DNA of 64,000 nucleotides, taken from contig NW_024704742.1 in the NCBI RefSeq assembly GCF_018977255.1, forward strand, positions 43,836,001-43,900,000, in the 5' to 3' direction. Both the position numbers and the translations under genes were made by a program. A model generated the notes under the pieces. The model saw only the letters and a program-made list of their open reading frames with translations. It was not told the origin of the DNA and searched no databases. Origin of the DNA: Callorhinchus milii (taxonomy: Eukaryota). Shown here piece after piece: positions 25,101 through 36,755 of this stretch. Every line of letters starts with the position of its first letter. Position 1 is the stretch's first letter.

Positions 25101-28100
25101 TTAATTGCAGAAGGGGTATTACTCTGTTGCTAAAAGGAGATGTGTTGTTTTAGTTTTGTAGTTTCATCAAATAAGAAACCAATAGTTTGTTGCGTTGCAG
25201 ACTGCTCTGATTCAATAGTTATAGTTCTGAGAGTGTTGTGAAAGGGAAAGACATTTTAAGTCAAAATTGCCTCACAGATTACTAACAGTGTATAGTTGAT
25301 TTTGCTGTTGTATCCATGCATGAAAACACAGTAACAATTTCAGACAGAAATAGACAATCTGCCAATGTAACCCACTCAACCAATTCCCCTCAAAATGATC
25401 TATCCATGTATCTCTCTCTGAATCTAATAACCCCGGATTCTTCCAGTGGACAGGGGACCATCCACACTTTTTGAAATGTCTTTCAATAAGGATCATTGTA
25501 TAAGGATCAATGATTCTGGTAATTTGTCCCACAAGCCCATTCCACTCAAAATAAATTCTGCATTTCCTCTTGAAAAATGCATGTGGATAAAGCTGAAATA
25601 TCTGACCAGCCAGATCATTTAACATGACTGACGTTACCAGTACTTATTTCCATAGCATCATCTGAGGGAAATCAGAACATCAGACCAGTTTCACTAGTGT
25701 AACTTCCCAGTCCCACACCCAGCCTGTGTGATAAAACAATATCATTCTCATTGAAAGAAATTACAATAGAATAGTTTTAACTTAGCAGGAAGTAAACTAG
25801 AATAATACAGATTACATTTTTGAGGCCACAGGGCTTATTTTTTCCCATAAGAAATGTTTTTATCCTCCAATAAAAGAATATGCAGAACTGACAGTACCTG
25901 ACAATCGCAGTATCTGTAGTCTGGCTAATTCGGAGAAGTACTGTGATAGTACGCGATCGATCTTGTTATCAGATAAATCCAGTTCTTGAAGTAGTCGCAT
26001 TTGATTAATGACAGGCACATAGGTCAGACTGAGCCCCTTAAGGATCAGCACCTGAAGAAAATAATGTGCCAACAAGTCAGTGTCACAAACATGAACTCAA
26101 TCCAGCTCATCGATTTTACCAGTATCCAGGCAAACAGCGGGTAAGAGAGGCCATCTCTCTATGTAATCCTATAATGTGGGATACACGTTTAAAGTAGTAA
26201 GTAGCCTCTAAATTAGCTTACAATATGCACAGTCAGTACACTTCACAGTATATTCTGTGAAATGCTTTGAGACGTCCTCCTGACGTGAAAGTTGCCATAT
26301 CAAATGTAAGCATTATTATTTATTATAATTATATTGTGTACATAGGAATTTAGGAAAAGGAGGCAATGCAGCTCATTGAGCCACTTCACCACCAACCACT
26401 TCACAGCATTATACACCTCTACAATCACTTGATCTCACTTCCCTGCCTCTTGATCTTATCTTTTAATATTCCTACTTACATTACAATTAATAAAATTGTG
26501 GTGCTTTATATTAAACACATATGACATTAAATGAATGTGAACCAATCTTCTGCTTCTGCTTCTTTAAGTTACTTTGGTTTTCTGGTGGTTTAAAATACTA
26601 TTTTCACTGTGATGACCATGAAACTGATGCTAACATTTCAGAGACCTTGGAAACCAGAGCAGCTTCATGACTGGACTTTATCAATGAGTCTGAATCTGCT
26701 GTTTGCAGTCGTTCTGACCTGCTTGAATACTGCATTCAAACTGGGACCTCCACTAGGATTGTTGTCTATTTTATTGCCAGTTTGGCAGCATTAAAAACTG
26801 TTGAAGTTCTTTAAAGAGTAAACACTCTGGGCTCAGTAGATCCAGACCAGCATCAGTCCCGAAAAAAAGGTGGCGGGGGGGGGAATTGGTTAAAATGTGA
26901 TACAAGGAATGCCACAATATTACTAAGGTTGTGAGCCAATGTGCTCCCCACCATAGTTGGTCACCACTTATTATGGAGCAGAGGCCATTCTTCCACCTAA
27001 GCGATGTAGTTCGTTTTTATTTGAGTTTGGTTGAGACCCAATTCTGACCTACATTGGAGCTGAGCCAGAAGCATTAGATTTTCTTTTGTTCTATCAGGAA
27101 AGTGCTTTGTAGCCTTGAGCTGTTTTGTCTGAGGAAAGGTTAAATAATTATAATGAATAATCATGAACTCCCTCATCTCGCACAAAACTCCAGAGTTTAT
27201 ACTTTAGGGCTGGAATCCAAAAGGATAAAAACGTACTATTCTCTTTACATAAAGACTTCCGATTCTGTTATAAATTGAGCTGCAGGTGTTCCAACGCATA
27301 ACACACCACCATATCATGTGCAAATTCATTCCCTCTCACATTACTATAGAATACAGTTTAGCACTAAATATTAATCTGTAAACCAAAATGATACAAATTA
27401 AGATCAGACAAATGGCACAGGTTCACATTCTTATGACTTGTCGCATTCTACTGTGTAACATTGTCCATTCATAGGATACTCCTCCTATCCAATGGTCATT
27501 GAAATGTGAAGGAGCATAAGAACATGAATAAGCCATTTGACCCATCGAATCTCTTCCCCCATTTTATTAGTTCATGACAACTTTCTAATCTCATTTGCCC
27601 GCCTTTTTTGCAATAAGCCTGGAATTAAATTAGTTCGGAATCAGTGAGGCCTAATTTGTGTATGTGTGCGTGTGTGTGTGTTCTTAATAAGAAATCCGAT
27701 TAATATTTGCTTTGACACTTGGAGACTCTGCTCCAGACACAGATCACATCAGAACAGAGTTCCTGCGGGTCAGTGCAACATTCTTCCAATTACTGGAGCA
27801 AGTTCCCATTTGCATGACTTGGACTCCTATTAAAACACACCACAAATAATACAGTAATAATAATAATCTTTGCATTTGATATAGCGCCTTATCATGTTAT
27901 TGAGACATCTCAACGCGCTTCATAGGATATACTGTAAAGTTGATTGACTGTATTTGTGAACAAAATACAACAGCCAATTGTGCACAGCAATTACAGTCAT
28001 TATTTCAAATCAAAGGATGATCTGTTTTCCCTGCAGTAAGATCACAGCTCCTTAATTCCAAACCATCAATGTTAAATTATTTAATAGAAATAATAAATAA

Positions 28101-31100
28101 CAGTTACAGTCACACCCAAAGCTGCATGCTTGTAATTACTGATTTCTGATCCAAAATTGAAATCTTCAACACAAATTAGAAACATGCATTTCACAAATGT
28201 CTGTTAATGTACAACTTACAAGTTTTCTTACCTTAATCTTTTTCAGGGGGAGCAGAGCTTGGTATTGGAAGTCTTGAAGCTGCAGCTGTGGACCCAAGTA
28301 TAGTTCTCTAAGCTCGTGTAAACTCTGAAAAGCATCTACACAAAAATATGATTTCTCTTTAATGAACTACTTTATTTACAACATTTTGCAATTTACTGTA
28401 AACTACAGCTATCTAATCATCCAGTAATAAAGCCGGTTTTCCGTAACTTCTTTTAAATGCTGTTCTACAGATAACTGGCTTTGAAGTTGACTGAATTTAA
28501 TAATTTGCCAAATTCTGGATGCTCAAAAATGCTAATAGAATAATGCTAGACCCAGGTGAAATTTCTACCCATAAGTGGGGATCTCAAGGCTGCCAATTGG
28601 ACAAGTTACTAACTCATCATCGGTTTTATGAAGTGTCATTCTAGTCAGTGTAGTCATTTTAATAAGGCACACAATGTTCAAATAAATGTTTTGGATGGGA
28701 AACAGCAAATGTCGCCAAATAAACACTGATTTAAACACAATTACAACAAATAATGAATGCTAGTGGCTAACATATTGAATGTACCTCAACTACTAATTGG
28801 AGGCACTTCTTTCAGCAAAGCTGTCATTGAATAGTATTAAGTACACCAGAAAACTCAAATACCAGCAAAATGTAATGTTCATTGCATGTGCACAAACATT
28901 TACTAAAGCTCCTAGTCACCCTGAACTCAAAGATGTCCACAATGAGCAGAACCCATCTTGATTGGTTTGCAGAGAGGTAAGCACCTGCTGTTTAAGCTCT
29001 ACACCTCCAATTTATGGAACCATCGCTGAATGGGAAAGAATGTGTGTCCGAGCTGTGGACAGAAAGATGGTGGCAATCCTGTCACACATTTCCTGATGAG
29101 CTGTGTTGCCTACTGGGAAGCTCACAAGGAGTTCCTGGTAACTACCATCCACCTAGTGAGGACTCAAACCCACGTTTGTTGGATGTCAAATGACCAACTG
29201 GTAACTATCCTCCTTGGGGCTTGGGGGAAGGTAAGGGGGAGTCTCCTTGGAGCTGAACTAGTTCCAAGGTGATATGTTTGCCAACTGAATGTCCAAATCA
29301 AGCCAACCCTCTGTGGCAATCTCAATAAGGCTCTTCCTGAGCCAGGCGGGTCTGCATATTGGGCATTGCCGATGACAGCACAGCCAGCCTGGCTCAACAT
29401 TGCAGTGTCAGCCTGGACTGTATGAATTCCAAGACCCAGTGTGGGGCTTGAATGGGAAATGACTGATTCAGAAACTAGAGTGCTATCAACTGAACCAAGC
29501 TGACACACAAGTTTAATCCAGTGTAATGTTAATTCACTTATTGCAAATTATCTTTTCCTCAGTGGTTATAATATAATAATCCTTGCATTTGATAAAGTAC
29601 CTTATCACGTCTTCGAGACATCTCAAAGCGCTTTACAGAATATACTGTGAAATGAATTGACTGTATATTTTGTGGGTGAAACGCGGCAGCCAATTTCACA
29701 CAGCAATGTCCAACAAACAGTCGTGGATTAAAAAGCCCTTGTTCAGAATACAAAATGCATATATTCATTCAAATGGGTGAAGCCACATACCTGATTTAAT
29801 TTCCTTGATGGAATTGTTACTGATAACCAGGACCTGGAGCAGAGTAAGTGAAGCCATTGGTTTGCTTGGAAACTCTGTTAACCTGTTGTCATGTAGATAG
29901 AGTTGATTCAAATGGACTATGTTGGAGAATGCTGAATTCTCAACAGTCTCTAAATTGGAACTATTCAGTAGCAGAACCTAGAGACAAATATTAAAGGCTT
30001 ACAATAATCTAAAGTTCCTTAGATGTTGTTAGATGAAAATGAATAATTGTACTTTGTTGCCTGGAGTGAAGCAGTTTAGGTTTGGTCAAGGAGATCTATT
30101 GATAACATTTGCAGAACAGAACACAAACCATTAATTTGGGCAATTTCTATCCTGTTGTGGCACTGCAAACATTTGTTGTTTGCTGCTGTCACAACACACA
30201 GGAAAATAAATACAATACCACATAAACTAAAGGTCATTGAATGGATAAATACACAATTATAGCATGTCAGTAAGCTATAATAGACCAGTAAAACCCATTT
30301 TAGAATTGGCTGATCTAAGCCAAAGTGGTGGGTAGTTTTCAGTCCTGGTTGTTATCCAGTGACTCTGGCTGGAAAGTAAAGTTGTATATTTGCATTTGGA
30401 CATCGGGCGAGAACACGTTAGGTCCCGGTTGTTAGGGATTCAAATACAGATAGAAAGCTGATATTCACATGGAGATGTATGCCTGAGGTATCAGAAGGCT
30501 ACTGATGTCACAGCAAAAAACCACACCTTAACATCAGGTAAGAAAACAAGAAAAGTACTAGACACAGTCACCATCCATTTAATTTAGATTCACCTTATAA
30601 CTCCAAGTCCAGAAATATGACCTAAGACAAAATACGTTCATGACCATTCTAATAGCACCAAAATGTGTTGGTTTGAACAGTAATAATTTAGGCTACAGCA
30701 TCAACCCAGCCAGAGCTACATATCAAGAAAATATTTGTTAGTTTTGCAAAATTTTATATATAAATTACAACTTTCACAGAACTCATCAATACAATGGATA
30801 TGTCTCGGGAAACTGGTGAAACATGTAGATTCACTGACACAATAACCCTGGTGATCATTTTGCTGTAAATCTTCTTAAATACACACCTAAAATATATGTG
30901 TAGCAGTTCTAATCTGATTTATAGATTTTGTGGTTGTTTGGCTATCACTATCTCTTGTTTCATCTAATGCAGTAAAAATATCAAAATATTATAAATAAAA
31001 AAGTGCTAAGCTAAAAGACAATAGTTAGTACTATTCTCTGACTTACAATGCAATGGCTATTCTCTGCTTCCTATTGTAGAGAAAAGAAAATGCCCACTAT

Positions 31101-32232
31101 TTGTTTGAAAAGTAAGTAATCGAAAAGGCGAATGGAATGTTGGCCTTTATCTCAATGGGCCTGAATACTAAGGGGAGGAAATGTTGCTTCAGCTGTACAG
31201 AGCATTAGTCAGACCCCATCTGGACAACTCTGTTCAGTTTCGGGCACCACACCTCAGGAAAGACATATTGGCCCTGGAGGGGATTCAGCGCAGGTTCACC
31301 AGGATGTTACTGGGACTAAATGGTTAAGTTACGAGGAAAGGCTGCATAAACTTGCATTGTATTCCCTCGAGTTTAAAAGGTTGAGGGGTGATTTGATTGC
31401 GGTGTTTAAGATGATAAAGGGATTATATAGGGTAGATACAGAGAAGCTACTTCCTCTGGTGGGGAGTCCAACACAAGGCGGCATAGTTTTAAATTAGAAC
31501 CAGGTCATTTAAGAATGAAATCAGGAAGTATTTTTTCACTCAAAGGGTGGTAGAAATCTGGAATTCTCTCCCCGAAAAGGTTGCGGATGCTGGAATCATC
31601 CACACCTTCAATAATGAGGTTGATAGATTTTCCGTAGATCAGGGTATTAAGGGATATGGGGAGAAAGTGGAAAATTGGAATTGAAAGGATTAGTTGAGGT
31701 ACAGTTCAGCTATGATCTAATTAAATGGCGGAACAGGCTCGAAGGGCTGAATGACCTACTCCTGTTCCTATGTTCCTATGTAAAATCTGAGGTGAAAATT
31801 GTACCGTGTGTGGGTAATTATATAACCAGTGATAACAACAAAGCACATCACAATTTTCACCTCAAGAGATGCAAGCAACATTTTCTGAATATAGCATTTG
31901 GTATTTGCATCTTTAACGACTAATTTTATTACTTTTTTTTAATATTGAGATTACAAAAAAGTTTTTTACAAAAATTATTTTTTAAATAAAATCCAAATTC
32001 ATTTTAGAACAAAATGAGATCTTTTCTTCAATTCAATCAATAAAGTACAATTTAGGTGTTCCTGGTTCAAACAAACTCGTTTCTCACCTGTAATTGGTTG
32101 TAGTGCTTGAAGCATTCATAATATCTTGTTTTGAAACTGCCACCACTCAGATTGAGAACAGATAGATTTCTTGCACTTGTCGATTGATTCAGTTGTGATG
32201 GGCATTGTGCTGAAAGGGTATAAAAGTTTCTC
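21995..32232 (-). CDS. Uncharacterised LRRC4/NGL-like type I membrane protein (9 LRR, LRRCT, TM, short tail; no Ig domain); first exon not located
   Basis: Exons 32232(or 32209)-32088, 29977-29791, 28335-28232, 26051-25898, 23772-23555, 22426-22261, 22176-21995 join in frame without stops; LxxLxLxxN repeats, NPFHCD...C.NP..LRG...FNC cap, [23 protein letters not shown]. Confidence 0.9.
22261..22426 (-). CDS. LRR gene exon (LRRCT end and stalk)
   Basis: [55 protein letters not shown]. Confidence 0.88.
22865..23070 (-). mobile_element. L2 3' fragment
   Basis: Reverse complement of the L2 3' UTR and tail. Confidence 0.75.
23555..23772 (-). CDS. LRR gene exon (LRR8-9, start of LRRCT)
   Basis: (G)[39 protein letters not shown]...[25 protein letters not shown]. 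Confidence 0.92.
24193..24385 (-). mobile_element. SINE 3' half
   Basis: Reverse complement of the SINE body and tail. Confidence 0.85.
25898..26051 (-). CDS. LRR gene exon (LRR6-8)
   Basis: [51 protein letters not shown]. Confidence 0.92.
27855..27990 (-). mobile_element. SINE 3' fragment
   Basis: Reverse complement of the SINE tail. Confidence 0.82.
28232..28335 (-). CDS. LRR gene exon (LRR5)
   Basis: (D)[34 protein letters not shown]; phase 1 to 0. Confidence 0.9.
28950..29400 (+). mobile_element. 3' fragment of an old non-LTR retrotransposon with a C-terminal zinc knuckle
   Basis: [32 protein letters not shown]; homologous to 57100-57650 (-). Confidence 0.7.
29570..29730 (-). mobile_element. 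SINE 3' half
   Basis: Reverse complement of the SINE body and tail. Confidence 0.85.
29791..29977 (-). CDS. LRR gene exon (LRR2-4)
   Basis: [62 protein letters not shown]. Confidence 0.92.
31100..31780 (+). mobile_element. CR1 LINE 3' fragment
   Basis: CR1 C-terminal coding remnant; ends gaagggctgaatgacctactcctgttcctatgttcctatg. Confidence 0.88.
32088..32232 (-). CDS. LRR gene exon (LRR1); acceptor either 32232 or 32209
   Basis: [48 protein letters not shown]; gtgaga donor. Confidence 0.78.
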
Positions 32233-33225
32233 CTGAGGATAAATGCATAAAGCAGGCAATTGTGCAGAAAACAAATATGTTATACATGTTCATGCCAGCC
32301 TCCCTTTGGACTATACTGTATGATCAACGTGGACTCGTTTTGTACAGAAATTTACCCCTCACATCTCTCTGCTAAAGACGTGCCTTTTTTTTAATATTAT
32401 CAAAACCTTATCAGTTTGACTCAACCACAGCCATTTCCTTGGCAATGCTTTTTTTTTAATGTTCTCTAAGAACTGATAGCAACTTATTTGAATCCAGCAG
32501 CTGCTCTGTGACACTGACATTCTTACACGAAAACCCTGTGTAAGCAAAATACTGAACTCTGGGTCTTCAACAGCAGCTACGGTTGAGGCAATGCTACCTG
32601 ATAAGTGATAATCCCACTCACTGTAAATCCTGTTACTCTGGAACAAAGCTGAGCTGTTTGAAGCTCAGCTGTTGACCTTCTAAAAATCCAACAAATGTGG
32701 GATGTTCTTTGGCGTAGAAAACAATTCCAATTTTCTTTCATTTCGAAAGCTGCTGATAACAACTCTGAAAACTGGGACGCCATCTGTGCTTTTAATTGAA
32801 AGAGCTCGCCGCTCTTGTTTTTTGATGTTTGCTATGGTTTCGGGCAACTGGCCAATGCCAATGCTTTGAACTCATGCAAACTTGTGAATTGATCCTGCAT
32901 AATTCCAGTACTTAGCATGGGCGGGGATCACCTGCATCATTCTTAAAAAAAATCTTCTGACTCCGTGCTGGAAGTGGTCACCCCAGCAAACAACTCTATA
33001 TTCCATTTGCCTTGGTGACAGCAGTGAGGGTTTCCATTGCTGCCAGCTATTCAGCAACCCATGCAGTGCTTCTGGTTATCGCAGTTGTAAAGTAAATTAT
33101 AATCGTTTTCAACAAGAAACCTGTTGTTAAAAATAAATCACGTAAAGATGTGTTTGCTTTTATGTCTGTGCACCGATTTCAGTACATACAGAGGCAGTGT
33201 GAATGCTAACCACTAAGCTACAGGT

Positions 33226-33593
33226 GGAGTCCTGTGGCTTAGTGGTTGGAGGACTCGCCTCGCAAGGTCTCTACCTGGGTTCGATTCCCGAGGAGGGCGA
33301 AACTTTGGGCAAGTTTCCTTATTCCATGCACCTGTTTATCTAGCAGTAAGTAGGAACCCGGTTGTTTGTCGATCGGCAGATCGTTTTCCAGGGGTAATAA
33401 TCCCTCCAAAAGAATAAAATAATAATAATTTGGTCACTCAATCCACCACCGTTTGTGGGAAACTGCTGTGCGCAATTGGCTGCTGCGTTTTGCCCACAAA
33501 ATAGACAGTCAATTCATTTTACAATATATTCTGAAGAACTTTGAGACATCTCAAAGACGTGATGAGGCGTTATATCAAATGTATCATTATTAA
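33226..33593 (+). mobile_element. tRNA-derived SINE, full length
   Basis: Same family as 17913-18276; B box ggttcgattcc. Confidence 0.92.
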
Positions 33594-33763
33594 TATTAGC
33601 TTGTCTACTGCTGTGCGATAATGGGCAGGGAATACTTCCTTCTTTGAACATTGTATTCAACCACAAAAAATAAAAGCATTATCCTTTCATATGATTATGT
33701 GACTTTAATGTCGGGGAACGTCTCAAAATACTTCTCAGGAGTATTTTGAAAGAAATAGCATCG

Positions 33764-34143
33764 TACAATAAATCTGTCTAACTTTCCCCAGTATTTCATG
33801 AAGCTTATATCATTATTTGAAAACTTATGTGGAACTAGTGTAACTATTATAGTGTAACTATTATATGAAACTAGTGTAACTATTTTGTAGGTAAATCCAT
33901 AAGTCAATTTGCACGCACTAATGTTGCACAAACAAGCCATGGAGGATTAATGGCCAGGATGCTGGGAGAAACTTTTATCTCTTTTCAAATAGTACCATAG
34001 GATCTTAAATCCACCTGAATAGGCAGACAGCTGACCTCAGTTTAACATTTCATCCGAAATACAGGATTTCTAGTTTCATCTAAGTTTGTTATGATGACAT
34101 AAGCTTCATGAAATATTAGGAAAAGTTAGCCAGATTTATTGTA
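33764..34143. repeat. About 75-bp imperfect inverted repeat (33764-33838 / 34070-34143)
   Basis: tacaataaatctg..tatttcatgaagcttat vs ataagcttcatgaaata..cagatttattgta. Confidence 0.88.
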
Positions 34144-36515
34144 TAAAGTTATCTTATTCGTATTTTAAAAAGTAGAATTGAAAATGTTTTTGTATGGTGG
34201 TACGTGTTCATAAAATTGAGGTTCATCCTGTTTTAAAACTGCAATTTTGTTTCAATTGCAAAATTCAACAGGAACATTAAAGATAAACTTTATGAAATCT
34301 CCAGGTTTCTCCACATCTTCAAATCCTGCCTTAAACCTTTCTTCGACTGTGCATTCAATTATCTCCATCCAATCTCCTTGCCTGCTGCGTGGAGCAATTT
34401 GAGATGTCCTCCCACTGTGAAAAATACTCTAAAAAAGTAAATTATTATAAAATGGGAGTGTTTTTTGTGAATCAGCTGCATTATTCACTGGGTGTAGCTG
34501 AACCAAAAACTACTTCAAATTTTATCTTTTCAAGATAAAAGGCCCATCTTAAGACCCTCCTCTTTGACCGTGTCTCCGGTCATCCTACCAACCCCTACGT
34601 CCCTTCCCTCTTGAATCCCACGCCAGGCCCAGGTGCAAAGCCTTGACAGTGTCTAGGTGCTATTTAAACACAATCTATTGTTTTGGAGATGCATAAAAAG
34701 TTCTGATTTAAATATAGGGAAAACAGTGAAAAGGTCTTGTTATAAAAGGTCAGCATGCGAGGTATAGCTAGATTAGGGTTCAACTTCAACAGTAGCCTTT
34801 TGTGCTTGTCCACAGCTGTATGCTGATGCCCACACAAATGTAATCACTTCCCTCTCTGTGCCGAAAGTCCAGATTGTACAAAATATTCATTGTTTTTTCT
34901 TGCTCTCCTTTCCTTTAAAAAAAATAATGAATTTGCAAGTACATTTATACAACAATTATATAATTCAAAGGCTGTTTAAAATAAAATGCAACCCTGGATT
35001 ATAAAACTGCTGCTTGTGAACATTAATTCTGGTGGTTTGTTACCCAGGACAGGACATTGGTTGATTTATTGGATAGCTTAAAACTGCCCTCTTTCTTCCA
35101 TCCCACCTTTTTATCCAGCACAAATCCGTGTGTTTTTCAATCATTTATCCAGCAACAACAAATTATATTTGTATGGCGCCTTTCATGTCAGGAGGACATC
35201 GCAATGATTTTTTTTGTGGGTAGAAAACAATAGCAAGTTCCTTTCAGTCCCACTATCATTGCATTGCAAAAACGTAAAATAATTCCAAACCTAAGAGGCT
35301 ATTTGGTCCACTGTCTGTTTTTCTAAAAAAAAAATCTCGAAACGACATTGTAAGAGAAGAAATTCTTAACCCCTTCCCGAATTTTTCAACTATTAATTTT
35401 GAGACTGTGCTTACCCCGTTTGACACCTATTTCTTAACTAATAGGGATTGTACTTCTCTATCTACCCTATAATGTTCTTCAATATCTTAAACTACTCCCA
35501 TCATATCTCCTCTCAATATCCTCTGATCCAAGTGAAAAACAATATTCATAGAAAGCAAATCAGATACAATTCTCAATAACACAAACATTTATATTGTATA
35601 TAGCGACAAACAGCATCACTTGTACAAAATACTACAAAATCATTACAAAATACCGCATATCCAGTGCATTTGCAATGACCTCTTGTGCTGTAATTTTTAT
35701 GATTCCATAGTTGCAATTATGTATGGAGAAAAGCACTGTGTGATAAAGGCAGCAATTGCACACCAAATATGAAACCAAATAGTATTTTACATTGTGAAGA
35801 AAATGTGTTGGTAAACGAATTATAAACAATTTGCAGTATTATAAAGGGATGTGGGGGGGGTGATTGAGTACAATATAATTCAACAGTGGAACCATGGTTT
35901 GTTTTCATTTCGTTTTTTCCTGTACAACTTAATAAGCATTGGTCAAGCAGGTTTATGTAAGAGTACTTTTTCGTTTAATATGTTTTCATGCTCATTAAAA
36001 GCGTAAGGACTTTTTAAAGACACTGACAACATCAAGCACTCCCATGACATAGAGAGATCGATAATAAATCTTCCTTTATTTTGCTCCAAAACTGACCTTA
36101 CCGGCTCAAATATATCAAACCTGTCTGGTAAATGGATATGCATCTTATCCCCTTATTTCCTCAATGACATTTCCACTTCTCACATAATTATCATTTTGGT
36201 TCTTGTGAGATTCCCCATTTGGTTTTAAATCTGGGGCATATCTGAGCCACAAGGATCTCTGTTGAACAAGCCAAACTTATGACACCTAAGATCCTTACAA
36301 CCTGAGGAGACTTTGATTCTGGGAGTTTTAGATGTAGTCAAATTCACAGCAAAGTGCATAAGCCAGTACTGATTCAATACTTACTGAGCTGCACTCAATT
36401 CACCCCTAAAGTATATTTAGATCTATACCAGGGAGAGAGTAGGGCAGGTTGGAGTTTGGATCAGACTGAACTTAGTCTCTTGCTGTCGAATGAATTTTGG
36501 CAGAAACTGAACAAG

Positions 36516-36755
36516 CTAAGTCCAGTTTCCAGGCACAGACTCCAGGCTGGAAGCATCATCTTCAGGCAAAGCAGGGTTTTCAACAGCAGCAGCTCCACTG
36601 TTCTCAGGACCAACCAAAGTGTCCAAGGTCTCTTCCATATCTTCCTTCAGCCCACTGATATCTTGAGAATCTGGTTCTTCCTCTTCTTCATCCACTTCTC
36701 CATCATCTTCTACATCCATTTCAAAAACACGTACATGTCGCAAATTTGAACTAAG
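36516..36755 (-). CDS. ANAPC4: ANAPC4 last coding exon
   Basis: LSSNLRHVRVFEMDVEDDGEVDEEEEE...VPGNWT*. Confidence 0.95.
   Translation of the reverse strand, partial: LSSNLRHVRVFEMDVEDDGEVDEEEEEPDSQDISGLKEDMEETLDTLVGPENSGAAAVENPALPEDDASSLESVPGNWT

Noticed and set aside
21995..32232. VLR-like somatic LRR cassette assembly system
   Set aside because: The gene is complete by ordinary splicing. Only one or two doubtful intronic LRR-like pieces exist, and they show no DNA similarity to the coding repeats.
32189..32293. Signal-peptide-like ORF as the LRR gene start
   Set aside because: It is out of frame with the LRR exon, and its hydrophobicity can be explained by a T-rich acceptor tract.
36354..36749. 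131-aa plus-strand ORF
   Set aside because: Antisense shadow of the ANAPC4 last exon.
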